Shown here: piece by piece, positions 1 to 14,068 of the stretch
How positions within the stretch are numbered: the first letter of the stretch is position 1
How the letters are laid out: every line of letters starts with the position of its first letter
From: Pristiophorus japonicus
Taxonomy: Eukaryota
Length of the DNA: 64,000 nucleotides
Direction of reading: 5' to 3'
Assembly (NCBI RefSeq): GCF_044704955.1
Contig: NC_091981.1
Span: 5,890,001 to 5,954,000 of the forward strand
The notes under the pieces: model-generated
The model's input: the letters and a program-made list of their open reading frames with translations, nothing else
Told to the model about the DNA's origin: nothing
Databases searched by the model: none
Program-made: the position numbers and the translations under genes

Positions 1-640
1 TGGTGGAAGGGTCGGGAACCAGAGGGAAACGAATTTAAGGCGATTGGCAGAAGAACCAAAGGCGACATGAGGAAAAACAGTTTGACGCAGCGAGTGGTTA
101 GGATCTGGAATGCGCTGCCTGAGAGGGTGGTGGAGGCAGACTCAATCGTGGCTTTCAAAAGGAGTTGGATAAGTACCTGAAGGAAAAAGAATTGCAGGGC
201 TACGGGGAAAGGGCGGGGGAGGGGGACTGGCTGAGGTGCTCTTGCAGAGAGCCGGCACGGGCTCGACGGGCCGAATGGCCTCCTTCTGTGCTGTAACCAT
301 TCTGTGATTCTATCGTCTCAGGATAAGGGGTCAGCCATTCAAAACTGAGATGAGGAGGAATTTCTTCACTCAGGAAAAAAAGAAAGACTTGGATTTATAT
401 AGCGCCTTTCACGATCACCGGACGTCTCAAAGTGCTTCACAGCCAATGAAGTACTTTTGGAGTGTGGTCGAAAGGTTGTGAATCTTTGGAATTCTCTATC
501 CCAGAGGGCTGTGGAAGCTGAATCGTTGAGTATATTCAAGGCTGAGATAGAATGATTTTTGGACTCTCGGGGAATCAATGGATCGGGCGGGAAAGTGGAG
601 TCGAGGCAGAAGATCAGCCGTGATCTTATTGACTGGGTGA
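1..640 (+). mobile_element. CR1 3' fragments with a minus-strand SINE tail inserted at about 376-468
   Basis: FTQRVVRIWNALP-type 3' ORF2 sequence and the gggccgaatggcctccttctgtgctgt terminal motif. Confidence 0.85.
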
Positions 641-721
641 TGTCATCAAAATCCAGTTGCCATTTGGAGCATGGGCAGGAACATCGGCAGAGCCCAGGTA
701 CAGCGGAGGAGCGGGAAGGTC

Positions 722-1450
722 GGGGCGGAGGTGTGGCGAATGTTTGAGGCGGAGAAGCGGCGAGAGATCGTGGCAGAAATGCGGCGAATGTTTGGTGCGG
801 AGGAGCGGTGAGAGATCGTGGCAGAAGTGCGGCAAATGATCGGGGTGGAGGAGCGGTGAGAGATCGTGGCAGAAATGCGGCAAATGATCGGGGTGGAGGA
901 GCGGTGAGAGATCGTGGCAGAGGTGCGGCGAATGTTTGGTGCGGAGAAGCGGTGAGAGATCGCGGCAGAAATGCGGCAAATGATCGGGGTGGAGGAGCGG
1001 TGAGAGATCGTGGCAGAGGTGCGGCAAATGTTTGGTGCGGAGGAGCGGTGAGAGATCGTGGCGGAGGTGCGGCGAATGTTTTGTGGCACAGGAGCAGCAA
1101 GAGATCACGGCGGTGTGGCAAATGAGGGTACAAGGCCCAGAAGAGCCGAGGGCCCAGGGGCAGCACAGACCAGCCCACACTGAGATATGTGTGCACACTA
1201 CGTCCGTGCAGCAGAGCTGGTCTCCAGTCGTCCTGGTTAACCCTTGCCACTGGACCAAGACCTCGCTCTGTCAAGCCCGTGTGGTGGCTGGTGTGCAATG
1301 GCCACCCATGTTAAAAAAATCCACGCACAGACATCTTCCACCCCTGGAGTTCAGGACTGGAATATCGGGTCCTCCACTGAAATATCTGCAAACTCATCCT
1401 TTTTGATGTGGAAGCAAGTCATCCTCGTTTGAAGGACCGCTTGTGATGAT
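722..1450 (+). mobile_element. Non-autonomous bipartite RTE derivative preceded by a 48-bp tandem array (about 8 units, 722-1115)
   Basis: Body shared with three other copies. The 3' end gtggaagcaagtcatcctcg...tgatgat matches the RTE tail at about 20280. Confidence 0.78.
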
Positions 1451-2123
1451 GGGAATGTGGATCAGGCTCGAGGGGCCGAGTGGCAGAGGCCTGCTCCCAA
1501 TTCTTACGTCCTTTATGGGTAATCTGCCAGCAGTGCCCTACTAGCACCTCCTACTGTACGCTCACTGAAGGTCCCGGCACTGTATGTGACTCGGCGCTGC
1601 TCTGACTCTGCCTGGCTGGTTCCAAACACACGCGTGGCGCAATTAGTCACATCATAATCATCGCAGGTAGGTGAACAACTGTCAAAATACGACCTTAAAT
1701 GAAGATCGGAGCTGGTGCACTAATTGGTACTTACTGCAGCGGTGACACAGAATTCCGCTTTTGCAGGATCTGTTCCTCAGAAGGAGCGTTACATTGAAAG
1801 CAGGACTTCCCATTATCATTGCTAATGTTGATATCAATCCTGGGGGGGGTAAATTACTGTGTTCTTCATGCATTCTTTTCCAACCGAATTTAAATAGTGG
1901 TACTACAACATATACTTTCCACGTGCAATTAGCCTTGCAATTTCCCAATGTCTAGCAGCAACATAGATTAGGCTTATTCTAGTGCATCGCAACAATGGTG
2001 TGACTTGTATATGCTCCTCAGAGATTCCTTGCCCCCACCCCCACCCCAAAAGAAGTTGTGAAATAACTTGATTCAACCTGCCAAGCTAGACAATGAATTT
2101 TTCGGGTAGCTATTATTATTACT

Positions 2124-4181
2124 GTGTCAGCCGTGGCTCAGTGGGCAGCACCCTCGCCTCTGAGTCAGAAGGTCGTGGGTTCAAGTCCCACTCCAGCACA
2201 AAAATCCAGGCTGACACTCCAGTGCAGTACTGAGGGAATGCTGCACTGTCGGAGGGGCAGTGCTGAGGGAACGCTGCACTGTCGGAGGGGCAGTGCTGGG
2301 GGAGTGCTGCACTGTCGGAGGGGCAGTACTGAGGGAGCGCTGCACTGTCGGAGGGGCAGTACTGAGGGAACGCTGCACTGTCGGAGGGGCAGTGCTGGGG
2401 GAGTGCTGCACTGTCGGAGGGGCAGTACTGAGGGAGCGCTGCACTGTCGGAGGGGCAGTGCTGGGGGAGCGCTGCACTGTCGGAGGGGCAGTGCTGGGGG
2501 AGCGCTGCACTGTCGGAGGGGCAGTGCTGGGGGAGCGCTGCACTGTCGGAGGTGCTGTCTTTCGGATGTCGTCTTAGACATTAAACCAAGGACCCCATCT
2601 GCCCACTCAAGTGGACGTAAAAGATCCCGTGGCACTATTTCAAAGAAGATCAGTGGAGTTATCCCCGGTGTCCTGGGGCCAATATTCCACCCCCAAATTG
2701 GCCTGGGTTTTTAATCTGCTTTTTGCCTCTCCCAGGAGATCACATGGTTTCAGGTGGTGTGGAGTGTATATAGAAACATAGAAATTTACAGCACCGAAGG
2801 AGGTCATTCCGGCCCACCGTGTCCGCGCCGGCCGACAAAGAGCCGCACGGCCCTTGGTCAGCATCCCTGAAGGTTACATATAAACCGATGAACAATGACG
2901 GAAAGGTAAAGAGCACCCAGCCCAACCAGTCCGTCTCACACAACTGCGACACCCCTTATACTGAAACATTCTACACTCCACCCCAACCGGAGCCATGTGA
3001 TCTCCTGGGAGAGGCAAAAACCAGATAAAAACCCAGACCAATTGGGGGAAAAATCTGGGAAAATCCCTCTCCAACCCATCCAGGCGATCAAAGTTAGTCC
3101 AGGCGATCACCCTGACCGTATTCGATTGCCTGAAGTACTTACCATTGTATCTGTGCCAGCCAACAAGTTATCCAGTCTAATCCCACTTACCAGCTCTAGG
3201 TCCGTAACCCTGCAGGTTACTGCACTTCAAGTGCCCATCCAAGCACCTTTTAAATGTGGTGAGGGTTTCTGCCTCTACCACCCTTCCAGTCAGCGAGTTC
3301 CAGACCCCCACAACCCTCTGCATAAAGAAGCCCCCCCCCTCCTCAAATCCCCTCTAAACCTTCCACCAACCACCTTAAAACTATGCCCCCTTGTAATTGA
3401 CCCCTCCACCAATGGAAGTAGGCCCTTGCTATCCACTATATCCAGGCCCCTCAATATTTTATACACCTCAATGAGGTCCCCTCTCACCTCCTCTGTTCCA
3501 AGGAGAACAAGCCCAGCCTATCTAATTGGTCCTCATAGCTAAGATTCTCCATTCCAGGCAGCATCCTAGTAAATCTCCTCTGCACCATCTCCAGTGCAAT
3601 CATGTCCTTCCTACAATATGGCGACCAGAACTGCATGCAGTATTCCAGCTGAGGCATAACCAGAGTATTATACAATTTAAACATAACCTCCTTGCTCTTG
3701 TATTCTATGCCTTGGCAAGCATTCCGTATGCCTTCTTAAACTACCATGCCTGCTACTTTCAGGGATCTGTGGACAAGCACTCCAAGATCCCTTTGTTCAT
3801 CTACACTTCTAAGTGGCCTACCACTTAATGTGTATACCCTTTCCTTATTAGCCCTCCCCAAATGCATCACCTCACACTTCTCCAAATTAAATTCCATTTG
3901 CCACTGCTCTGCCCACCCGACCAGTAGATTGATATCCTCCTGCAGCCCATGACTTTCCTCTTCATTATCAAGGGGAGTTCTGGGGCCAATATTTATCCCT
4001 CAATCAACATCACTAAAAAACGATTATCTGGTCATTGTCACATTGCTGTTTGTGGGAGTTTGCTGTGTGCAAATTGGCTGCTGTGTTTCCTACATTACAA
4101 CAGTGACTACACTTCAAAAAAAGTACTTCATTGGGTGTAAAGCGATTTGGGATGTCCGGTGGTGGTGAAAGTCTTTCTTTC
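2124..4181 (+). mobile_element. tRNA-derived Deu-domain-type SINE (SacSINE1/AmnSINE1-like) with ten 33-bp repeats, split by a CR1 (2690-3970)
   Basis: A box TGGCTCAGTGG, B box GGTTCAAGTCC, conserved core aaaagatccc..ggcactatttc, and an L2-like tail. Confidence 0.85.
2770..3970 (-). mobile_element. CR1 with long 3' UTR inserted into a SINE
   Basis: ORFs 3290-3487 and 3484-3684. The SINE sequence ctggggccaatatt is duplicated on both sides. Confidence 0.88.
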
Positions 4182-4709
4182 AAACTTAACATGCAAAGCT
4201 GATGGCACTGGATTGTACATAGCTTGGAGTTACGAGATTTCCAGCATCAAGTTGCTTTCACCATCACATGTATCCCATAAACAAGTGTCACAAATCCCCA
4301 AATGGGTAACTAAAACCTGCATCACTGAGCAATTACACTTGTGACTCACAGTGAATTACTGAACATAAGGCTATAATTAATGAGAACATTCAGTAACTGA
4401 AATATTTAATTTCTTATCCAGAAAGGCCATCGCCGAGCCATTTGGCTTCTGTCCAGCGCAGCGAAACAAGGGACTACACAAACAGCACATACAGTGCAGC
4501 TCGGCTGCTGAGCTGAAAAAACGATTACCCCGCCCCCCCTCCCGTGACTAATCAATCAGAGATAATCAACTCTTAATTTCAAATAGGCGCAACTTTTAAC
4601 AAAATAGACTCACTGTACTACCTTACAGTTAAAGGTTGGTCCTCAATCACGGTGATTATGCACGTCTATCTAGATATGATCAAAGAAAAATCCAATGTGT
4701 TCTGTGTCC

Positions 4710-5355
4710 TTGGCCTTTATTGCAAGGGGGATGGAGTATAAAAGCAGGGAAGTCCTGCTACAGCTGTACAGGGTATTGGTGAGGCCACACCTGGAGTACT
4801 GCGTGCAGTTTTGGTCACCTTACTTAAGGAGGGATATACTTGCTTTGGAGGCAGTTCAGAGAAGGTTCACTCGGTTGATTCCGGAGATGAGGGGGTTGTC
4901 TTATGAGGAAAGCTTGAGCAGGTTGGGCCTGTATTCATTGGAGTTTAGAAGAATGAGAGGTGATCTTATTGAAACGTATAAGATTCCGAGGGGGGTCGAC
5001 AAGGGTGATGCAGAGAGGATGTTTTCCCTCATGGGGGAATCTAGAACTGGGGGTGTAGTTTGAGAATAAGGGGTCGCCCATTTAAAACTGAGATGAGTAG
5101 AAATTTCTTCTCTCAGAGGGTTGTAAATCTGTGGAATTCTTTGCCCCAGAGAGCTGTGGAGGCTGGGTCATTGAATATATTTAAGGCGGAGATAGACAGA
5201 TTTTTGAGCGATAAGGGAGTGAAGGGTTATGGGGAGCGGGCGGGGAAGTGGAACTGAGTCCATGATCGGATCAGCCATGATCTTATTAAATGGCGGAGCA
5301 GGCTCGAGGGGCCAAATGGCCGATTCCTGCTCCTATTTCTTATGTTCTTATGTAT
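4710..5355 (+). mobile_element. 5'-truncated CR1
   Basis: ORFs 4695-5063 and 5060-5257. Confidence 0.9.
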
Positions 5356-5449
5356 TCTTAGACCATTTAGGACTGAGATGAGGTAAAATTTCATCACTTT
5401 GGAATTATCTACCCGTGCAGACTGTGGATGCTTAATCATTGAGTATATT

Positions 5450-6600
5450 CAACAACAACTTGTATTTATATAGCGCCTTTAACGTAGTGAAATGCCCCAA
5501 GACGCTGCACAGGAGTGTTATGACACAAAGAATTTGACACCGAGCCACATAATGAGAAATTAGCGCAGCTTGGTCAAAGAGGTCGGTTTTAAGGAGCGTC
5601 TTGAAGGAAGAAAGAGAGGTAGCGAGGTGGAGAGGTTTAGGGAGGGAGTTCCAGAGCTTGGGGCCCAGGCAACAGAAGGCGCGGCCACTGATGGTGGAGC
5701 GATTATAATCAGGGACTCTCAAGAGGGCAGAATTAGAGGAGCGCAGACATCTCGGGGGGTTGTGGGGCTGGAGGAGATTACAGAGATAGGGAAGGGCGAG
5801 GGCCATGGAAGGATTTGAAAGAAAGGATGAGAATTTTGAAATCGAGGCGTTGCTTAACCGGGAGCCAATGTAGGTCAGCGAGCACAGGGGGTGATGGGTG
5901 AGCGGGACTCGGTGCGAGTTAGGACACGGGGCAGTGAGCACAGGGAGTGATGGGTGAGTGGGACTTGGTGCGAGTTAGGACACGGGGCAGTGAGCACAGG
6001 GAGTGATGGGTGAGTGGGACTTGGTGCAAGTTAGGACACGGGGCAGTGAGCACAGGGGGTGATGGGTGAGCGGGACTCGGTGCGAGTTAGGACACGGGGC
6101 AGCGAACACAGCGGGTGATGGGTGAGCGGAACTCGGTGCGAGTTAAGACACGGGGCAACGAGCACAGGGAGTGATGGGTGAGTGGGACTTGGTGCGAGTT
6201 AGGACACGGGGCAGTGAGCACAGGGGGTGATGGGTGAGCGGGACTCAGTGCGAGTTAGGACACGGGGCAGCGAACACAGGGGGTGATGGGTGAGCGGGAC
6301 TTGGTGCGAGTTAGGATATGGTGCAGCCGAGTTTTGGGTCACCCCTAGTTTACATAGGGTACAATGTGGGAGGCCAGCCAGGAGTACATTGGAATAGTCA
6401 GGAGTAGAGATAAGGGTTTCAGCAGCGGATGAGCTGAGACAAGGGCAGAGACGGGCAATGTTACGGAGGTGGAAATCGGCAGTCTTAGTTATGCCATGGA
6501 TGTGTGGTTGAAAGCTCATTTCAGGGTCAAATATGATACCAAGGTTGTGAACAGTCTGGTTCAGCCTCAGACAAGAGTTGGGAAGAGGGATAGAGTCATT
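5450..6600 (-). mobile_element. L2-clade LINE 3' part with an internal 56-bp tandem array (about 8 units, 5878-6325)
   Basis: Motifs LRNIARL, QNSAA and GPKLWNSLP; tail ggcgctatataaatacaagttgttg. Confidence 0.88.
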
Positions 6601-7400
6601 ATTCAAGAGTGAGAGAGATAGATTTTTGGATGCCAAGGGACTCAAAGGATCTGGGGATAGGGCGAGAAAATGTTGAGGGAGAAAATTGCATCTTAAAAAG
6701 TACTTGGATGTGCGCTTGAAGTGCCGTAACCTACAGGGCTATGGACCGAGAGCTGGAAAGGGGGATTAGGCTGGGTAGCTCTTTGTCGGCCGGCACGAAC
6801 ACAATGGGCCGAATGGCCTCCTTCTGTGCTGTAAATTTCTGTAAAATTTCTATGATTACATTCTATGACGATCAGCTCAAGGGGCCAGATGGCCTATTTC
6901 TGCTCCTAATTCTTATGTTCTTATGTTACTACCTGTCCAGAAACTTCACTTCTTTCCATGCATTTAGAGCAACACTTAATAAAAATCCAAAGGTAACCAT
7001 TTTTAATAGGAATCCATTAGAAAACATAAGGGCAAAACCTACCTAAATATGTAAACATTTCACCATCACTGTTTGTTGATAAGCCAAATGATTCATTCAA
7101 AATGTTTAGCAAAAAAAATTTGTCTGCCATTTTTCCTCAGTAACTGAAATTTCTACAGTATAAAATATAGTTTTAAACAAAAATAATTACATATTTACAA
7201 TAACACAATTTTATGTACCCATTATTTTGTGTGTGTGTGTCTATTAATACCAGCCATGGCTCAGTGGGCAGCACCCTCGCCTCTGAGTCAGAAGGTTATG
7301 GATTCAAGTCCCACTCCAGAGACTTGAGCACAAAAATCTAGGCTGACACTCCCAGTGCAGTGCTGAGAGAGTGCTGCGCTGTTGGAGGTGCCATCTTTCG

Positions 7401-7766
7401 GCTGAGCAGGGGAGCGGGCAGGTCGGTAGGCCTCCTGGTGGAACTGCTCCAGGGCATGGCCAAGGTGGCCATTAACCAGTCCAGGCAGCGGGCGGTCGAG
7501 GGGGTTGTTCAGCCCGAGTGCCTGCCTCCCTTCCGCAGTTACACCCAAGCCAGGGTGTCCCTGGAGATGGAGCATGTGGTGTCCCCCGGTACACTTGTGG
7601 CCTTCTGCGAGAGGTGGGCACCGGAGGGACTGGAGTGCATCATCGCCCCCGGCAACCAAATTTTAATTTGATCTGCTAAGTCCCTTAAAGTTTTATTGTT
7701 AATTTGTGGGTTCTAGTGTCCCTTTAATAGGGGGGCACTCGGCTTTATCTGTTAATTTAAAATAGT
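7401..7766 (+). mobile_element. Tx1/L1-type LINE 3' fragment joined to a SINE head
   Basis: ORF2 C-terminus LLQGMAKVAINQSRQR...FCERWAPEGLECIIAPGNQILI-stop followed by a T-rich 3' UTR. Confidence 0.75.
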
Positions 7767-8007
7767 TGTAGAGCTGTTGCATTGTGAGTGGCTCAGCCAG
7801 GTCACATGATGTTCACAAGACTCAATAAAACCCCAGCCAGTTGGGTTCGGGGGGATCCACGATGGGGCAGGTGGTTGTGAGCCCGGTGGATGAACTGGTG
7901 ATGTATAGTGTGATTGTTAAACCTTTGTTAATAAACCAACTAGTTCTTAATAGCAATGTGTTGCTATGAATTCTTAAGCAAAGAACCCTTGAAGCAAATA
8001 CATTATA
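7767..8007 (+). mobile_element. Solo-LTR-like repeat, with a second inverted copy at about 43265-43495
   Basis: Two dispersed copies in the window, each with two AATAAA motifs. Confidence 0.65.
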
Positions 8008-9627
8008 CCTACCGCGATTCTTTTCTTTTCCCCCCACGTGTCATCAATCTGCAGTCAAATTAGGCACCACAATACCCTCAGGAATAGCAGCAACTTCAAA
8101 GCAGAGGTAAACTATAAAGCACATCAGAACTAGAAAAATCTCACTTAAGTGTAGCATCACAGGAGTGTTCCGTAGCCACATGATTAAGTGGCTTGAAGTA
8201 GGTCCTCTGTTTCCATCTTCTAACACACAGATCAGCAGCATCTCAGCATGATGCTCATTTGTCATGATAAATTTTCAATTTATAGACGTTTTAATACCTG
8301 CGCTCCTCTCATTGTGGCCTCTTGTTGTTTCCTGATCTTAATCGCTCCATTGTTGACAGCAGTGCCTGGGCCCTAAGCTCTGGAATTCCCTCCCTAAACC
8401 TCGCTCCCTTTCCCTCCTCCTTTAAGACACTCCTTAAAACCTACCTCTTTGACCAAGCTTATGGTCACCTGCCCTAATATCTCCTTATGTGGCTCGATGT
8501 CAAATTTTGTTTGATAATCGATCCTGTGGTGTGCCTTGGGACGTTTTAAGAACATAAGAAATAGGAGCAGGAGTCGGCCATACAGCCCCTCGAGCCTGCT
8601 CCGCCATTCAATACTATCATGGCTGATCCGATCATGGACTCAGCTCCACTTCCCCGCCCGCTCCCCATAACCCTTTACTCCCTTATCGGTTAAGAAGCTG
8701 TCTATCTCTGTCTTAAATTTATTCAATGGCCCAGCCTCCACAGCTCTCTGGGGCAGCGAATTCCACAGATTTACAACCCTCAGAGAAGAAATTCCTCCTC
8801 ATCTCAGTTTTAAATGGGCGGCCCCTTATTCTAAGATTATGCCCCTTATTCTAAGATTTTTTTTTCAACATCTAAACCATTAACAATTATATTTATATCA
8901 TGCCTTTTAATGTAGAAAAGGTCTCAAGGTTTTTAAGAGAAGCGTAATCAGACAAGGACGTCAAGTCAAAGAGGTGCTATGAGGAGGGGTAATTAAAAAC
9001 AAAATGGCGAGTGAGGTGCAGAGATGGAAGGCCTTAGGGAGAAAATTTCAAAGCACGGGTACCTAGACGGCTGAAGCATTCATCATGTTTAAAAAGTACT
9101 TGGATGTGCACTTGAGGTGCCGTTACCTACAGTGCTGGAAAGTGGGATTAGGCTGGATAGCACTTTGTCGGCCGGCACGGACACGATGGGCCGAAAGGCC
9201 TCCTTCTGTGTTGTAATTTTTCTAAGATTCAACGTGGCAGGGGCTTGGGACCTTCAGAACATAGCAACTCTGTCCTTCATGCACCATTATATTTCAGTAC
9301 AAGCTTCCAGAAGCTTTGAATTCCTGTTGCTATTTGAGACAAGCCCCCGCGACGCTCTGACAGCTTTCCAGGATGAGAGGACTGATGTCAAAGATTACGA
9401 ATTCGTCTTTAAACCAACTCCCGAATTAAAATATCCAGTTCTTGACAAGGCCAATTAAAGCCTTCTGCAATTTCATATTTTGCACGACAGATTCCAAAAA
9501 CCCTGTGTCTCTCTGTGGAGCAATTCCATGATTAATGGCGTGAAATTCGCCCCAGAGTAACTTCAAGCTTTAAATTATTTATAGTAGGCAATTTAAAGAG
9601 CAACTCAAAGTTGATAATTTGATCAAT

Positions 9628-10357
9628 GGGTTCAAAGACTTGAGCACAAAAATCTAGGCTGGCCTTAGAATCCTGAGTTAGTTTTTGTTGTTATAAGGGA
9701 GCCCAGCACTGTCAGAGGGGCAGTGCTGAGGGAGGGCTGCACTGTCGGAGGGGTGGTACTGAGGGAGCGCCGCACTGGCGGAGGGGCAGTACTGAGGGAG
9801 CGCTGCACTGTCGGAGAGGCAGTACTGAGGGAGGGCTGCACTGTCGGAGGGGCAGTACTGAGGGAGGGCTGCACTGTTGGAGGGGCAGTACTGAGGGAGT
9901 GCTGCACTGTTGGAGGGGCAGTACTGAGGGAGTGCCGCACTGTCGGAGGGGCAGTACTGAGGGAGTGCCGCACTGTTGGAGGGGCAGTACTGAGGGAGCG
10001 CTGCACTGTCGGAGGGGCAGTGCTGAGGGAGTGCTGCACTGTCGGAGGGGCAGTACTGAGGGGGTGCCGCACTGTCGGAGGGGCAGTACTGAGGGAGTGC
10101 TGCACTGTTGGAGGGGCAGTACTGAGGGAGTGCTGCACTGTTGGAGGGGCAGTACTGAGGGAGTGCTGCACTGTTGGAGGGGCAGTACTGAGGGAGTGCT
10201 GCACTGTTGGAGGGGCAGTACTGAGGGGGTGCCGCACTGTCGGAGGGGTAGTACTGAGGGAGTGCTGCACTGTTGGAGGGGCAGTACTGAGGGAGTGCTG
10301 CACTGTTGGAGGGGCAGTACTGAGGGAGTGTCAGTACTGCAGCATTCCCTCAGTACT
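9628..10357 (+). repeat. SINE-derived 33-bp minisatellite (about 19 units)
   Basis: Unit GCAGTACTGAGGGAGTGCTGCACTGTYGGAGGG following a SINE head remnant. Confidence 0.92.
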
Positions 10358-10359
10358 CT

Positions 10360-10855
10360 TAGGGCGCTAGGCTGGCTGAGCAACTGAAAATCCCGAGTTA
10401 AACAGCCGGCCTGGGAGCACTCCGAGAGGGGCCTGGGGATAAGGAAAACCCCAAAAAAACCACAAAACTATTCCCAAAATATCGCCCCCGCCTCCACAAC
10501 ACAAATCGCTGAAACAATTCCAAGAACAAACAATCGCACTTACCCTAGGAGTCCATTACTCACCTCCCCGCTGTCGGGATGGTGGAACCGCCCTGATTTC
10601 CCGAGCGGTCGCTGCGGGGCGTGCTGCGGGGCGGACGGGAGACAAAACTCGCGCCGGTGTCATGACCCAGGGGGGCGTTGCACACACCGGGCGCTGCTCT
10701 TCCCCGCGGTGCTGCTCCACACCGCCGCGAAACCCGACCCGAGGATCGCCGCGGGGCGCTGGAGGCTGGCCGCCCGCCCAGAACACCTCACCCCCGCCAT
10801 TGCCGCCGCTCTGGGGTGTAAAACGGAGCGCAGAAGGGGCGGGAAATCCAGTCCT
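10360..10855. mobile_element. CpG-rich non-autonomous DNA transposon-like fragment
   Basis: Isolated CpG-rich block ending gggcgggaaatccagtcc|tg, a TIR-like end; the other end is not visible. Confidence 0.45.
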
Positions 10856-11188
10856 GAATTTGTTACTTTCAATGTAGTTGGGTGCAAGTCCGCGATGTGA
10901 AAAGTCTATAATTTGGCAGTGCAGCACGATTTTTACACAGCGAAAATGTAATCATCGCTACTCAATTCTAAGATGTCACTTGACTGGAATAACACTCACT
11001 CGGGGACGTATGGATGGTGCTATTTGATGGGAAAGCCCAAAACCAACGGTAAGAGTTCAGAAACTGTAAACCATGCAACACCAGCGCCCCCAGGAGGTGT
11101 AATTCACATATTACAGAATAACCTACACGCTCGCCTAAAACACAAGTTACATCGTCCTGGTGACAGAAACATATAAGCAAACACTGTA

Positions 11189-12081
11189 AGAAAGACTTGC
11201 ATTTATATTACGCCTTTCATGACCACCAGACGTCTCAAAGCGCTTTACAGCCAATGAAGTACTTTTTGAAGTGCAGTCACTGTTGTAATGTGGGAAACGC
11301 GGCAGCAAATTTGCGCACAGCAAGCTCCCACACACAGCAATGTGATAATGACCAGATAATCTGTTTTAGTGATGTTGATTTAGGAATAAATATTGACCCC
11401 AGGACACCGGGGAGAACTCCCCTGCTCTTCTTCGAAATAGTGCCATGGGATCTTGTGTCCACCTGAGAGAGCAGACAGGGCCGCGGTTTAACATCTCCTC
11501 CAAAAGATGGGCCCGCTGACAGTGCAGCGCTCCCTCAGTACTGCCCCTCCGACAGTGCAGCACTCCCTCAGTACTGCCCCTCCGACAGTGCAGCACTCCC
11601 TCAGTACTGCCCCTCCGACAGTGCAGCGCTCCCTCAGTACTGCCCCTCCGACAGTGCAGCACTCCCTCAGTACTGCCCCTCCGACAGTGCAGCACTCCCT
11701 CAGTACTGCCCCTCCGACAGTGCAGCACTCCCTCAGTACTGCCCCTCCGACAGTGCAGCACTCCCTCAGTACTGCCCCTCCGACAGTGCAGCACTCCCTC
11801 AGTACTGCCCCTCCGACAGTGCAGCACTCCCTCAGTACTGCCCCTCCGACAGTGCAGCACTCCCTCGGTACTGCCCCTCCGACAGTGCGGCACTCCCTCG
11901 GTACTGTCCCTCCGACAGTGCAGCGTTCCTTCAGTAATGCCCCTCCGACAGTGCAGCACTCCCTCAGCACTGCACTGCAGTGTCAGCCTAGATTTTTGTG
12001 TTCAAGTTACTGGAGTGGGACTCGAACCCACAACCCTCTGACTCAGAGGCGAGGGTGCTGCCCACTGAGCCACGACTGACA
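11189..12081 (-). mobile_element. Full-length Deu-type SINE with fourteen 33-bp repeats
   Basis: Complete head, array, core and tail. Confidence 0.9.
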
Positions 12082-12454
12082 CTAGGAACTGCACAAGCAC
12101 TCGTGGTGATCCACACTGACAGTAGATTGGTTCTCTTCCTTGTAACGAGATTGCCTCTATTACCTGTCTGATTCCATAACTTCATCCTGCCTGTTTATTC
12201 AGAATGAACCCTGTACACAGGGCAACCAAAGTGCGCATACACGCGGAGACACAGTTGCACAGGATTACACAGCCTACACGGCCCAGAAACAGGCCATTGG
12301 GCCCAACCAGTCCATGTCGGCGTTTATGTTCCACTCAAGCCTCCTCCCGTCTTTACTCATCTAAATCTATCAGCATAACCCTCTATTCCCTTCTCCCCCA
12401 TACGCTTGTCCAGCCTCCGCTTGGGATGTAGACCTGCTCGAGAGATTGTAGAGG

Positions 12455-12802
12455 GGGGTGAGTTCGGGGCCCAGAAGAGCAGAGGGCCTAGGGGCAGCAC
12501 GGGCCCAGCCCACACTGTGCGATATGTGCGCGCGCACCAGGTCCGTGCAGCAGAGCAGGTCTCCAGTCGTCCTGGTTAACCCTTGCCCCTGGACCAAGAC
12601 CTCGCTCTGTCAAGCCCGTGTGGTGGCTGGTGTGCAACGGTCACCCCACGTTAAAAAAATCCACGCACAGGCATCTTCCACCCTTCAGGATGTAGTTCGG
12701 GATCTGGAATATTAGGTCCTTCATTGGAACAATTGTGACCTCATCCTTTTTTGGCGTGGAAGCAAGTCATCCTCGATACGAGGGACCGCCTGTGATGATG
12801 AT
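12455..12802 (+). mobile_element. Non-autonomous bipartite RTE derivative
   Basis: Same body; FGIWNIRS remnant; (TGA)n tail. Confidence 0.8.
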
Positions 12803-13067
12803 GAGACCTATTCTACTCAATAGTTTCTGGGACTTTCTTTGTCAAGTGACCCTGATTTATCAAAGCCAACATAAAGCACGTAAATAGGACTTTTTTGCTT
12901 TTAACTCCAATTCCACTTTGCTGCCGACAGCACTTGTATTACACTTTAGCCTCAGGCCGTCCTTATACATTTTTCAATTCAGAGGAGGCCAATTTGTGCT
13001 TCATTTCCTACTTTTCAACACGTTAAAAGTACTTAATTGGCTGCAAAGCGTTTGGGGAGTATTAGAA

Positions 13068-13438
13068 TTAGGCAGTCCCTCGTATCGAGGATGACTTGCT
13101 TCCACACCTAGAAAAGGGATGAGTTCACAGATGTTTCAATGAAGGACCTAATATTCCAGGTCCCGAACTACATCCTGAAGGGTGGAAGATGCCTGTGGGT
13201 GGATTTTTTTAACGTGGGGTGACCGTTGCACACCAGCCACCACACGGGCTTGACAGAGCGAGGTCTTGGTCCAGTGGCAAGGGTTAACCAGGACGACTGG
13301 AGACCTGCTCTGCTGCACGGACCTAGTGCGCTCACATATCGCAGTGTGGGCTGGGCCCGTGCTGCCCCTGGGCCCTCGCCTCCCCTGGGCCCCGATCACG
13401 ATGCCCCTGGGCCCCGATCTCTCACTGCTCCTCCGCCC
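13068..13438 (-). mobile_element. Non-autonomous bipartite RTE derivative
   Basis: Inverted near-identical copy of 12455-12802; FGTWNIRS remnant. Confidence 0.8.
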
Positions 13439-13499
13439 CAATCAAAAATGGAGCAGCCAGAAACAGGACATCAATTAGTCTCCTCTTATCTTGGAGACA

Positions 13500-14068
<569 letters not shown>

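Noticed and set aside
366-1298. 310-aa Pro-rich ORF and overlapping ORFs
   Set aside because: They consist of the 48-bp array plus antisense retroposon sequence.
2124-2200. tRNA genes at SINE heads
   Set aside because: A and B boxes are present but run into the SINE body, and I could not fold a convincing cloverleaf.
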